Assembly (NCBI GenBank): GCA_047611125.1
Contig: JBLFXH010000001.1
Location: 654 to 64,653, forward strand
From: Rhodothermales bacterium
GTDB taxonomy: Bacteria > Bacteroidota > Rhodothermia > Rhodothermales > UBA10348
DNA length: 64,000 nt
Reading direction: 5' to 3'
Made by a program: the position numbers and the translations under genes. Below, piece after piece: positions 1 through 8,211 of the stretch. Below the pieces are notes generated by a model. The model saw nothing but the letters and a program-made list of their open reading frames with translations. It was not told where the DNA came from and ran no database searches. The number at the start of each line of letters is the position of its first letter. Position 1 is the stretch's first letter.

Positions 1-711
1 GACACACTGATCTACAACCTGGACGATCCGCTCCTGGAGGATCTGGCCTATCGGACGCCAGATCTGGAGCGACTCGGCATTTCCCTGACCGACACATCCG
101 GGGCTGCCTACGTCCGGAACGACACTATTCACCTCTGCCTCGACGGCAAAGACGAACCCCTTATGGAGACGGAGCAACTGGCTCTCCGAGGCAAGCACAA
201 CCTCTACAACTCACTGGCAGCTGCCGTGGCCGCAAGGGTCATGGAGGTGCGCAGTGATGTGGTGCGCGAAAGCCTCGCCACGTTCGAAGGCGTGCCACAC
301 AGATTGGAGCCCGTTCGCGAGGCCCACGGTGTGCGATATATCAACGACTCAAAGGCTACCAACGTAAACGCCGTCTGGTATGCGCTAGAGAGCATGCGGG
401 ACCCGGTAGTTTTGCTCGCTGGGGGGCGGGACAAGGGGAATGACTATGCGCCTCTCCACCCGCTTGTGGCCCAGAAGGTCAAGACGCTCGTCTGTTTCGG
501 CGAAGCGGCAGGATTGATCTCGGAGGCGTTGGGTGACGCTGCCGGACGCACGCTGCGAGCCCGGGACCTGGAGGAGGCTGTGGAATTGGCCACTGAAGAA
601 GCGGCCGACGGCGACATCGTCCTGTTGAGTCCGGCCTGTGCGTCTTTCGACCAGTTCGACAACTACGAACAGCGCGGCAACGCCTTCAAAAGACTGGTGA
701 ACAACCTGTAG
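1..711 (+). CDS. murD: UDP-N-acetylmuramoylalanine--D-glutamate ligase, C-terminal part (5' end outside window)
   Basis: Frame 1 is open from base 1 (DTLIYNLDDP...). Mur-ligase C-terminal motifs are present: 'RGKHNLYNSLAA', 'NDSKATN', 'SPACASFDQFDNYEQRGNAF'. Sits directly upstream of ftsW-murG. Confidence 0.9.
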   Translation, partial: DTLIYNLDDPLLEDLAYRTPDLERLGISLTDTSGAAYVRNDTIHLCLDGKDEPLMETEQLALRGKHNLYNSLAAAVAARVMEVRSDVVRESLATFEGVPHRLEPVREAHGVRYINDSKATNVNAVWYALESMRDPVVLLAGGRDKGNDYAPLHPLVAQKVKTLVCFGEAAGLISEALGDAAGRTLRARDLEEAVELATEEAADGDIVLLSPACASFDQFDNYEQRGNAFKRLVNNL

Positions 712-1850
712 TGCGCGCGATTCTGAGCACCATACTCGTTCGAGATCCGCTAGACAAATATGTTGTCCTGGTGACCCTTGCCCTCTCGGCGGTGGGCGTC
801 GTGGCTGTGTACAGTGCGATTTCGTACCTAGCCGATACCAAGGCCGGCGGCGACACCAGCGGTCTGTTGGCTGGACACGTCATGCGGGTCGGGCTGGCTC
901 TGGGTGTGATGGCGGTGGTTTCGTTTATCGACTACCGCGTGATCGCGCGATTCGGGAAGGTGTTACTGATTGGGAGTCTGGGGCTACTGGTGGTAGTCAA
1001 GATTGCCGGTGTCGCCAGTGGCGGTGCGACCCGATGGCTGGATCTCGGCCCTCTCAGGTTTCAGCCCTCCGACCTGGCGCGGGTTAGCCTGATTCTGTAC
1101 GCCGCGTGGATGCTGGCCAAGAAACAGACCTACATAGGATCCTTTAGCCGGGCCTTTGCGCCGCTTCTGTTTTGGATGATCGTGACGGGCGCTCTCATTG
1201 GTATGGAGGACCTGTCCACCGCTCTGGTGGTCTTGACAGCGGTAGGAACGATGGGTTTTGTGGCCAGGGTCAAAATATGGCAACTACTGGCCGTTGCCGG
1301 GATCGTGCTGACGCTGGGTTACGGGCTGCTTCTCACCTCCCCGGAAAGGGCGGCGAGAGTCGAGGCGTTTGTCGGCGTGAAGATGTTTCCCAACACATCC
1401 GGGGAGGATGTGAACTCGGATAAGGGGGAAGGCTATCAGGCCAGACAGGCCAAAATCGCCATAGCCATGGGCGGCTTGACCGGAAAGGGCCCGGGGAAGA
1501 GCACCCAGCGCAACTTCCTACCCGAGGCCTACAACGACTTCATTTTCGCCATCATCGCCGAGGAATACGGAGCGGCCGGGGCCCTGGGGGTGCTAGCGCT
1601 ACTGATGGCCTTCCTCTTCCGAGGATTCCTTCGAATCGCCCGACACGCCCCCGACCCATTGGGCCTCTTCCTAGCCGTGGGACTCACTTCGGCCATTGCC
1701 ATCTACGGTTTTGCGAATGCCGGCGTGGCAAGCGGACTCTTGCCCGTGACGGGACTGCCGCTTCCATTCGTGTCCTACGGCGGTACCTCCATGCTGGTCA
1801 GTGGCGCAATGGTCGGCATGCTGCTGAACATATCGAGGCAACTGCGATGA
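711..1850 (+). CDS. ftsW: FtsW/RodA/SpoVE (SEDS) family cell-division protein
   Basis: Polytopic membrane protein with SEDS motifs 'NDFIFAIIAEEYG' and 'GLPLPFVSYGGTS'. The GTG start overlaps the murD TAG by 1 nt. dcw context. Confidence 0.9.
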   Translation: MRAILSTILVRDPLDKYVVLVTLALSAVGVVAVYSAISYLADTKAGGDTSGLLAGHVMRVGLALGVMAVVSFIDYRVIARFGKVLLIGSLGLLVVVKIAGVASGGATRWLDLGPLRFQPSDLARVSLILYAAWMLAKKQTYIGSFSRAFAPLLFWMIVTGALIGMEDLSTALVVLTAVGTMGFVARVKIWQLLAVAGIVLTLGYGLLLTSPERAARVEAFVGVKMFPNTSGEDVNSDKGEGYQARQAKIAIAMGGLTGKGPGKSTQRNFLPEAYNDFIFAIIAEEYGAAGALGVLALLMAFLFRGFLRIARHAPDPLGLFLAVGLTSAIAIYGFANAGVASGLLPVTGLPLPFVSYGGTSMLVSGAMVGMLLNISRQLR

Positions 1851-2956
1851 GCCGACCGGCCCGCATATTGATTGCAGCAGGAGGAACCGGGGGGCATGTC
1901 TACCCGGCGATTGCGGTGGCCGATGCCGTCAAGCGGCAGGTGCCGGAGTCTTCCGTTGCCTTTGCGGGAACGGTAGATCGCATCGAATGGGAAGCCGTGC
2001 CACGGGCCGGGTATCCCATCTATCCGATCACGGCTGTCGCGTTCAACCGCACATCAAAAGCCGCGAACCTGAAGGTCCCTTTCAAGCTGGTCCGAGGCGT
2101 GAGTCAGAGCATGCGGTTGGTAAAGGAGTTCGATGCCGATGTGGTGTTTGGCGCCGGCGGCTTTGTCTCCGGACCGGTGGGCCTGGCGGCTTGGCTGCGG
2201 GGTCGTCCGCTCATCTTACAGGAGCAGAACGCATTTGCCGGAATAACCAACCGGTTGCTCGGCAAGGTGGCAGGGCAGGTTCACATCGCATTCCCTGAAG
2301 CCGTCGAGGCGTTTTCTGAGGGCCGCGCCGTCCTCTCGGGAAATCCTGTGCGGGCAGAAATGATGGATCTAGACCGGAAGGCCGCACGCGAAACACTGGG
2401 TCTCCCGCAGGATGCTCGGGTGGTGCTGTCCTTTGGCGGATCTGGCGGAAGCCAGGCCATGAACGAGGCCCTCCTGGAGGGTATCGAGGACTTCCTGGAG
2501 AAAACCGACGCCCACCTTATCTGGCAAACCGGGCCTAGGTACTACGAGCGAGTGATGGCTTCGGCCCCCTCTAATCCTCGCGTAAGGATTCTGGAGTACC
2601 TGCACGACATGCCATCGGCATACGCCGCTTCGGACCTCGCACTGTGCCGCTCTGGGGCCAGCACCTGCGCGGAGCTGTTGGTCACGGGCACTCCATCCAT
2701 CCTGATTCCGTCGCCCAACGTGGCGGAGGATCATCAGACTCACAATGCCCGAAGTCTGGTTGAGGCAGGTGCCGCGGTGCTGCTGCCTGAGGCTGAGATG
2801 CGGGAAGCTTGGGTATCGCGGACGGGGGCGTTGGTGAGTAACCCCGGCCTGCTGGAAACAATGGGCGCGAAGGCAAGGGCCAACAGCATCAGTGATGCGG
2901 CAGAGCGCATTGCGGCGTCAATCATCCAATTTGCGAATCGGAGGGCGGCGGCATGA
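1847..2956 (+). CDS. murG: UDP-N-acetylglucosamine--N-acetylmuramyl-(pentapeptide) pyrophosphoryl-undecaprenol GlcNAc transferase
   Basis: N-terminal 'AAGGTGGHVYPAIAVA' G-loop, 369 aa, dcw context, ATGA overlap with ftsW. Confidence 0.95.
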   Translation: MSRPARILIAAGGTGGHVYPAIAVADAVKRQVPESSVAFAGTVDRIEWEAVPRAGYPIYPITAVAFNRTSKAANLKVPFKLVRGVSQSMRLVKEFDADVVFGAGGFVSGPVGLAAWLRGRPLILQEQNAFAGITNRLLGKVAGQVHIAFPEAVEAFSEGRAVLSGNPVRAEMMDLDRKAARETLGLPQDARVVLSFGGSGGSQAMNEALLEGIEDFLEKTDAHLIWQTGPRYYERVMASAPSNPRVRILEYLHDMPSAYAASDLALCRSGASTCAELLVTGTPSILIPSPNVAEDHQTHNARSLVEAGAAVLLPEAEMREAWVSRTGALVSNPGLLETMGAKARANSISDAAERIAASIIQFANRRAAA

Positions 2957-4374
2957 GTGCACCACGCGGACTACCCGGTTTCACCCGCTATCGTCGGGTC
3001 CACATGGTGGGCATCGGAGGCATCGGAATGAGCTCCATTGCCGAAGTGCTCCTTCGTCGCGGGTTCGAGGTCTCAGGCTCTGATCTGACGCTGTCTGACG
3101 TCACCGAGCACCTGATCAGCCTAGGGGCCGTCATCCACGAGGGTCACCATGCCGCGAACGTCGGTGACGTTCAGGTGGTGGTGTACTCCTCGGCTGTAGA
3201 CCCCGACACAAACCCGGAGACCCGGGAAGCTCTTAGCAGGCGCATACCGCTAATCAACCGATCCGTCATGCTGGCGGAGCTCATGCGGACCAAGTTCGGC
3301 ATTGGGATTGCCGGCACACACGGCAAAACCACGACAACCTCGATGGCCGGCCTGGTGGTTGGTGAGGGTGGCTTTGACCCGACCATCATAGTGGGCGGCA
3401 AGGTCTCGGTATTCGGCTCCAACGCTGTTGCCGGGGAAGGCGAGATCATCATTGTTGAGGCCGATGAGTACGACCGGACTTTCCTGCGGCTGACGCCATC
3501 GATGGCGGTAATTACGAATATTGAGGAGGACCACCTCGACATCTACGAGGACCTGGACGATCTCCTGAACTGCTTCGTCCAGTACGCGAACTCGGTGCCC
3601 TTCTTCGGCGCCACCATCGTGTGCCTGGACGACGACAATGTTCAGCGAATCATCAGCCGCATAGACCGCCGTGTCGTGACCTACGGCACTCGTCGGCAGG
3701 CCGATGTGCGGGCGGCAAGGATCGAGCAAGAAGGACTCACCATGAGCTTTGACGTGGTGCACCACGGCAAGACCCTGGGCCGCGCCGTACTCCCCATCCC
3801 AGGACACCACAACGTGCTGAACGCTCTGGCCGCCATCACGGTCGGACTGGAGCTGGAGATGCCCTTCGAGGAGATCGCAGCAGGCCTCGTGCGATTCTCA
3901 GGAGTTCAGCGACGCCTACATGTCCTCGGGGAGGCCGGTGATGTCCTGGTGGTGGATGACTATGCGCACCACCCGACCGAGATACTGGCCACCCTGGAGG
4001 CGGCTGTCTCGTCTTGGCCGGACCGGCGCATCGTGGCCGTCTTTCAGCCGCATCTCTACTCACGCACCGCGGACTTCAAGGAGGGCTTTGCGCGGGCATT
4101 CTTCGATGCGGATGTCCTGGTCCTTACGGAGATCTACGGCGCGCGCGAAGTTTCGCAGGATCAAATTTCGGGCGCGACCCTTGCCCAACTGGCCGAGTCC
4201 TACGGACACCGCGTGGTGCACTACGTACCGGAACGGGCCGACCTGGCCGCCTACGTGACAGACCTTCTCAAGCCAGGCGATGTTGTAGTTGCCATGGGCG
4301 CCGGAGACATCTGGCGATCCTCGCGAGAACTGATGGAGCGGGTTGAAGCCGCTGCCGCGGAGGGTGCCCTATGA
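2953..4374 (+). CDS. murC: UDP-N-acetylmuramate--L-alanine ligase
   Basis: 'GIGGIGMSSIAEVL' Rossmann-like N-terminus and Mur-ligase P-loop 'GTHGKTTTTSM'. 473 aa. ATGA overlap with murG. Confidence 0.95.
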   Translation: MSAPRGLPGFTRYRRVHMVGIGGIGMSSIAEVLLRRGFEVSGSDLTLSDVTEHLISLGAVIHEGHHAANVGDVQVVVYSSAVDPDTNPETREALSRRIPLINRSVMLAELMRTKFGIGIAGTHGKTTTTSMAGLVVGEGGFDPTIIVGGKVSVFGSNAVAGEGEIIIVEADEYDRTFLRLTPSMAVITNIEEDHLDIYEDLDDLLNCFVQYANSVPFFGATIVCLDDDNVQRIISRIDRRVVTYGTRRQADVRAARIEQEGLTMSFDVVHHGKTLGRAVLPIPGHHNVLNALAAITVGLELEMPFEEIAAGLVRFSGVQRRLHVLGEAGDVLVVDDYAHHPTEILATLEAAVSSWPDRRIVAVFQPHLYSRTADFKEGFARAFFDADVLVLTEIYGAREVSQDQISGATLAQLAESYGHRVVHYVPERADLAAYVTDLLKPGDVVVAMGAGDIWRSSRELMERVEAAAAEGAL

Positions 4375-5099
4375 AACGATTGCTAGCTTCGGCTTTGGGC
4401 ATCGCGGCGGTCGCGTTTCTGGCCTTTCTGGGATGGCGATGGCTTGACGGCGTGCCCATTGATGACATTGCCATTCGGGGTGCCGTGCAAGCGGACTCCG
4501 CCGCGATTCTCGAACTCTCGGGCGTTCACCTTGGGGCCTCCTTGATGGACATCTCACCCGCCATCGTAGCTGACCGAGTTCGGCGACACCCTTGGGTCGG
4601 CGCGGCATCCGCGTCCAGGCAGCCGACCGGGACACTGGTGATCTCTGTTGTAGAGCGGGATCCGGTAGCGCTCGCCCTGGACAGAGGCGGCAGACCGGCC
4701 TACTACATCGATGCGGCCGGCTACCGGATGCCGGTGGATCGCGGCCTTGTGGTTGACGTGCCCATCGTCCGAAACGTGGCCGAGCCCTACCACCCTGTAG
4801 TGCCTGTCAGTAGCCCGGCACTCCGCGCGTTCGTCGCCCTTCTCCCAGGTTTGGAAGAGTTCGGGAACGCCCTGCTTTCCGAGATCCACGAGACGAACGC
4901 AGGCGAGATAGACATTTTCACAGCCGTCTCACCCTCGGGTCAGTCGATTCGAGTGCGGCTAGGAAGAGATCACTTTGAAGAGAAGCTAGACCGGCTGCAG
5001 TCCTTTTGGATGCAGGCCGTGCTGGCGAGACCAGAAACACAATACGACTGGGTAGACCTCCGCTTTGACGGACAGGTCGTGACCCGGGTACGTGCATGA
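4371..5099 (+). CDS. ftsQ: Cell division protein FtsQ (POTRA domain)
   Basis: Single N-terminal TM helix followed by a POTRA-like region ('IDDIAIRGAVQADSAAILELSG'). Located between murC and ftsA. ATGA overlap. Confidence 0.8.
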   Translation: MKRLLASALGIAAVAFLAFLGWRWLDGVPIDDIAIRGAVQADSAAILELSGVHLGASLMDISPAIVADRVRRHPWVGAASASRQPTGTLVISVVERDPVALALDRGGRPAYYIDAAGYRMPVDRGLVVDVPIVRNVAEPYHPVVPVSSPALRAFVALLPGLEEFGNALLSEIHETNAGEIDIFTAVSPSGQSIRVRLGRDHFEEKLDRLQSFWMQAVLARPETQYDWVDLRFDGQVVTRVRA

Positions 5100-6397
5100 A
5101 ACCCGCTGAGGACCCCATGGAGGAGTTGAACGATCATATTGTAGTCGGCCTGGACATCGGAACGACCAAGGTCTGTGCCGTTGTCGCCACGACGGATGAG
5201 TTGGACCGCATTAACGTGCTCGGCGTGGGCATGGCGGAGTCCGACGGGCTGAACCGCGGCGTCGTGGTCAACATTGACAAGACGGTTGCAGCCGTCCGGG
5301 TTGCGGTCGGCGAAGCCGAGCGCATGGCCGGCGTAAAGGTCAACAGTGTGATTGCCGGCATTGCCGGCGATCACGTCCAGAGTTTCCAGAGCCGAGGTGT
5401 GGTCACCATCTCGAACCGCGACGGTGAAATAACCGAGGGCGATGTCCAGCGCCTCCTGGAGGACACCACGCACGTGGCGATGCCTGCTGACCGGGAAATA
5501 CTGCACGTCATCCCGCAGGAGTTCATTGTCGATGGCCAAGATGGGGTCGCGGACCCCGTTGGCATGTCGGGCGTGCGCCTCGAAGCAAACGTCCACATTA
5601 TCACAGGACTGGTCTCGGCCGCGAAGAACATCTACCGCTGCATCGAGAAGGCCGGCTATGAAGTGGCCGACATTGTCCTCGAACCGCTGGGCTCCTCGTT
5701 TGCCGTGCTTCATCCCGATGAGAAGGAAGTCGGGGTGGCACTGATAGACATCGGCGGTGGCACCACGGACATCGCCGTGTTCGAGGACAACACCATCCGC
5801 CACACGGCCGTGATTGCCGTGGCTGGCAACAAGGTCACCGACGACGTCCGGAAGGGCCTGGGCCTCATGCGCGATCAGGCGGAACGGCTAAAGTGTACCT
5901 ATGGCACGGCCATGGTGGATCTGGTTGCCGAAGACGAGCAGATTGCCATCACCGGCATCGGAGGTCGCGGCGAGAAGCTGGTCGGCCGATCCACGCTCGC
6001 CCAGATCATTCAGCCCAGGATGGAAGAAATCCTGGAGATTGCCGCCATCGAAATCAAACGCTCCGGATACGGTCGCCACCTGTCAGCAGGTGTCGTCCTG
6101 ACCGGAGGCGGATCGCTGGTGGCCGGCACCGCAGCTCTAGCATCCGAAATCCTCGGATTCGAGGCCAGACTCGGCAAGCCCATGGGCCTCGCCGGAGGCA
6201 TGGTCAAAGAAGTCAGCGATCCGAAGTTTGCCACGGCCGTCGGCCTGGTCCTCTACGGATTGCGTCCTGAGATGATTGGCGGGACGCCCTTCCGATCAGA
6301 CATGGTATCACGTGATTCCAAGCAGCCCGAACTTGAAGGCGAACGCCTGGTGGGCCGCATTGCGAATCGAATGAAGACCTGGTTCGACGAACTCTAA
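5096..6397 (+). CDS. ftsA: Cell division protein FtsA (actin-like ATPase)
   Basis: 'VGLDIGTTKVCAVV' and 'DIGGGTTDIAVF' phosphate-binding motifs. 433 aa, immediately upstream of ftsZ. Confidence 0.95.
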   Translation: MKPAEDPMEELNDHIVVGLDIGTTKVCAVVATTDELDRINVLGVGMAESDGLNRGVVVNIDKTVAAVRVAVGEAERMAGVKVNSVIAGIAGDHVQSFQSRGVVTISNRDGEITEGDVQRLLEDTTHVAMPADREILHVIPQEFIVDGQDGVADPVGMSGVRLEANVHIITGLVSAAKNIYRCIEKAGYEVADIVLEPLGSSFAVLHPDEKEVGVALIDIGGGTTDIAVFEDNTIRHTAVIAVAGNKVTDDVRKGLGLMRDQAERLKCTYGTAMVDLVAEDEQIAITGIGGRGEKLVGRSTLAQIIQPRMEEILEIAAIEIKRSGYGRHLSAGVVLTGGGSLVAGTAALASEILGFEARLGKPMGLAGGMVKEVSDPKFATAVGLVLYGLRPEMIGGTPFRSDMVSRDSKQPELEGERLVGRIANRMKTWFDEL

Positions 6398-6506
6398 TCA
6401 CCCCTTTCTAACCATAACCCCTAAGAATCCGGTTGCTCGCCGGGTTCTGTGAGCGTGCGTTCCGGCCGCTCAATCGATACAGCCCAAACCCCCATTGGAG
6501 GATACC

Positions 6507-7772
6507 ATGGACCACAGTTTCAGCTCACACTTTGCGTTCGATGATGCGCAAAATGACGAGGCCAAAATCGCCGTCGTCGGCGTCGGAGGCGGCGGTGGAA
6601 ACGCCGTCAACAACATGATCGCAAAGGGCATCCACGGGGTGGAGTTCTTCGCAATCAACACAGACTCGCAGGCGCTTTCAGTGAACCTCGCGCCCACCAA
6701 ACTTCAGGCCGGCAGAGACCTGACCAAGGGCCTCGGCGCGGGAGCTCGCCCTGCGGTGGGCGCACACGCCGTTGAGGAAACTCGGGAAGACCTGACCGAG
6801 ATGCTCAAGGGCTTCGACATGATCTTTATCACCGCTGGAATGGGCGGTGGTACCGGGACGGGAGGCGCGCCGATTGTCGCTGCCATCGCCAAGGAACTGG
6901 GGGTCCTGTCAGTTGCCATCGTCACCAAGCCGTTTGACTGCGAGGGCAGGCGGCGGCACCAAGCCGCTGAGACTGGCATCCAGCTGCTAAAGGAAAACGT
7001 CGATACCCTCATCATTATCCCAAATGAGCGGCTCCTCGACATGTCCGACGTGAACACCACCTTGATGGACGCCTTTGCCAAGGCCGATGAGGTGCTCTAC
7101 AACGCCACGCGCGGCATCAGTGACTTGATCACGGTCCATGGTCTCATCAATCTGGACTTTGCGGACGTTCGCACCACGATGAAAGAAGGCGGCACCGCGC
7201 TGATGGGCGCCGCCATGGCAGCCGGCGACAGCCGGGCCGAAAAGGCGGCCTCCGAGGCCCTTTCGAGTCCGCTCCTGGACGGCCTTTCCATTCACGGAGC
7301 ACGAAATGTGCTGGTCAACATCACGGCCGGAAAGTCACTTGGCATCCGGGAAGCGACCGCAGCCACGAGCATCATTCAGCGCGAGGCTGGCGAGGATGTC
7401 GAGGTGATCTTCGGTACCGTCATCGACGAGGAGATGGGGGACGAGCTGCGCATCACGGTTATTGCGACGGGATTCGACACCACCGGAAAGTCGATTTCTC
7501 AGGTTGGCGATCGGAGTCGCACCGTGCCAATTGATGAGGTCGGCCCGGTTATCCAGTACAAGGGCGAGGAAGCCCTGCAGAAACTGGACATGCCGGCCTA
7601 TCAGCGCCGAACGGCATCCCTGTCTGTGGAGCCGCCGGGAAAGACAGCGGGTGACGGAGCACCCTCTTCGCGGGTCCGTCGCCTGAACGTGGAAGACATG
7701 GACAAGCGAAGCCATCCCGTCTCTACAGAGAAGGAAGAAATGCCCGCGTTTCTTCGCAAAATGCTGGATTAG
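6507..7772 (+). CDS. ftsZ: Cell division GTPase FtsZ
   Basis: Tubulin signature 'AGMGGGTGTGGAPIVA', 'GVGGGGGNAVNNM', C-terminal anchor peptide 'MPAFLRKMLD'. Start moved from TTG 6495 to ATG 6507, which lies 4 nt after a GGAGGA Shine-Dalgarno at 6497-6502. Confidence 0.95.
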   Translation: MDHSFSSHFAFDDAQNDEAKIAVVGVGGGGGNAVNNMIAKGIHGVEFFAINTDSQALSVNLAPTKLQAGRDLTKGLGAGARPAVGAHAVEETREDLTEMLKGFDMIFITAGMGGGTGTGGAPIVAAIAKELGVLSVAIVTKPFDCEGRRRHQAAETGIQLLKENVDTLIIIPNERLLDMSDVNTTLMDAFAKADEVLYNATRGISDLITVHGLINLDFADVRTTMKEGGTALMGAAMAAGDSRAEKAASEALSSPLLDGLSIHGARNVLVNITAGKSLGIREATAATSIIQREAGEDVEVIFGTVIDEEMGDELRITVIATGFDTTGKSISQVGDRSRTVPIDEVGPVIQYKGEEALQKLDMPAYQRRTASLSVEPPGKTAGDGAPSSRVRRLNVEDMDKRSHPVSTEKEEMPAFLRKMLD

Positions 7773-7784
7773 CCTATCCGCATT

Positions 7785-7818
7785 GTGTCCCGGCGTGCGC
7801 CATCGTACGCGGGGACAC
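7785..7818 (+). terminator. Stem-loop 13 nt downstream of ftsZ (candidate terminator, weak U-tract)
   Basis: GTGTCCCGGCGTGCG-CCAT-CGTACGCGGGGACAC: 15-bp stem with one mismatch and one G-T pair, followed by TTTA. Confidence 0.4.
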
Positions 7819-7908
7819 TTTACCTGCCTGAACCTGCATCCGGATCCTGAGCAAATCCGGGACAATGCCGCGGGCTGTCGGCTAGCAGGTTTTATAAGGT
7901 TCGGTCAA

Positions 7909-7944
7909 CGTGAGCCGCGTCCCCAAAAAGGGGCGTGGCTCGCG
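7909..7944 (+). terminator. Second strong stem-loop in the ftsZ-downstream intergenic region, followed by TTGTTT
   Basis: CGTGAGCCGCGTCCCC-AAAAA-GGGGCGTGGCTCGCG: roughly 15 bp with one bulge and wobble pairs, then TTGTTTGG. No ORF between the two hairpins. Confidence 0.4.
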
Positions 7945-8053
7945 TTGTTTGGATCCGCAAGCGTAGAGCCGGAGAACGAAAGAACTGCGGAGCGTTCCAG
8001 CATAGTCCCGACCAACTCCCTGTCACTCGGAAGTCGCTTCTCTCACGAGACAC

Positions 8054-8194
8054 ATGAATAGAATCCTCGGGCTACTACTGGTCGCCACTGCGCTTGTCGC
8101 CTGCTCGGAGCCTAGCCGGCGCGCGGTGCACGGACAGGTCGCGGACGATGCGCCTCTTCTTCGAGAAGGCGCTGAACAGGGTATCCCGATCTGA
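8054..8194 (+). CDS. Possible small lipoprotein (46 aa), hypothetical
   Basis: ATG ORF below the ORF-track length cutoff: MNRILGLLLVATALVACSEPSRR... with a lipobox-like 'LVAC'. No other support. Confidence 0.3.
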   Translation: MNRILGLLLVATALVACSEPSRRAVHGQVADDAPLLREGAEQGIPI

Positions 8195-8211
8195 TTAGTA
8201 CCTTCTCGTCC

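Noticed and set aside
4970-5803. 277-aa ORF on the minus strand
   Set aside because: Antisense to ftsA and ftsQ, with no recognisable domain. Shadow ORF.
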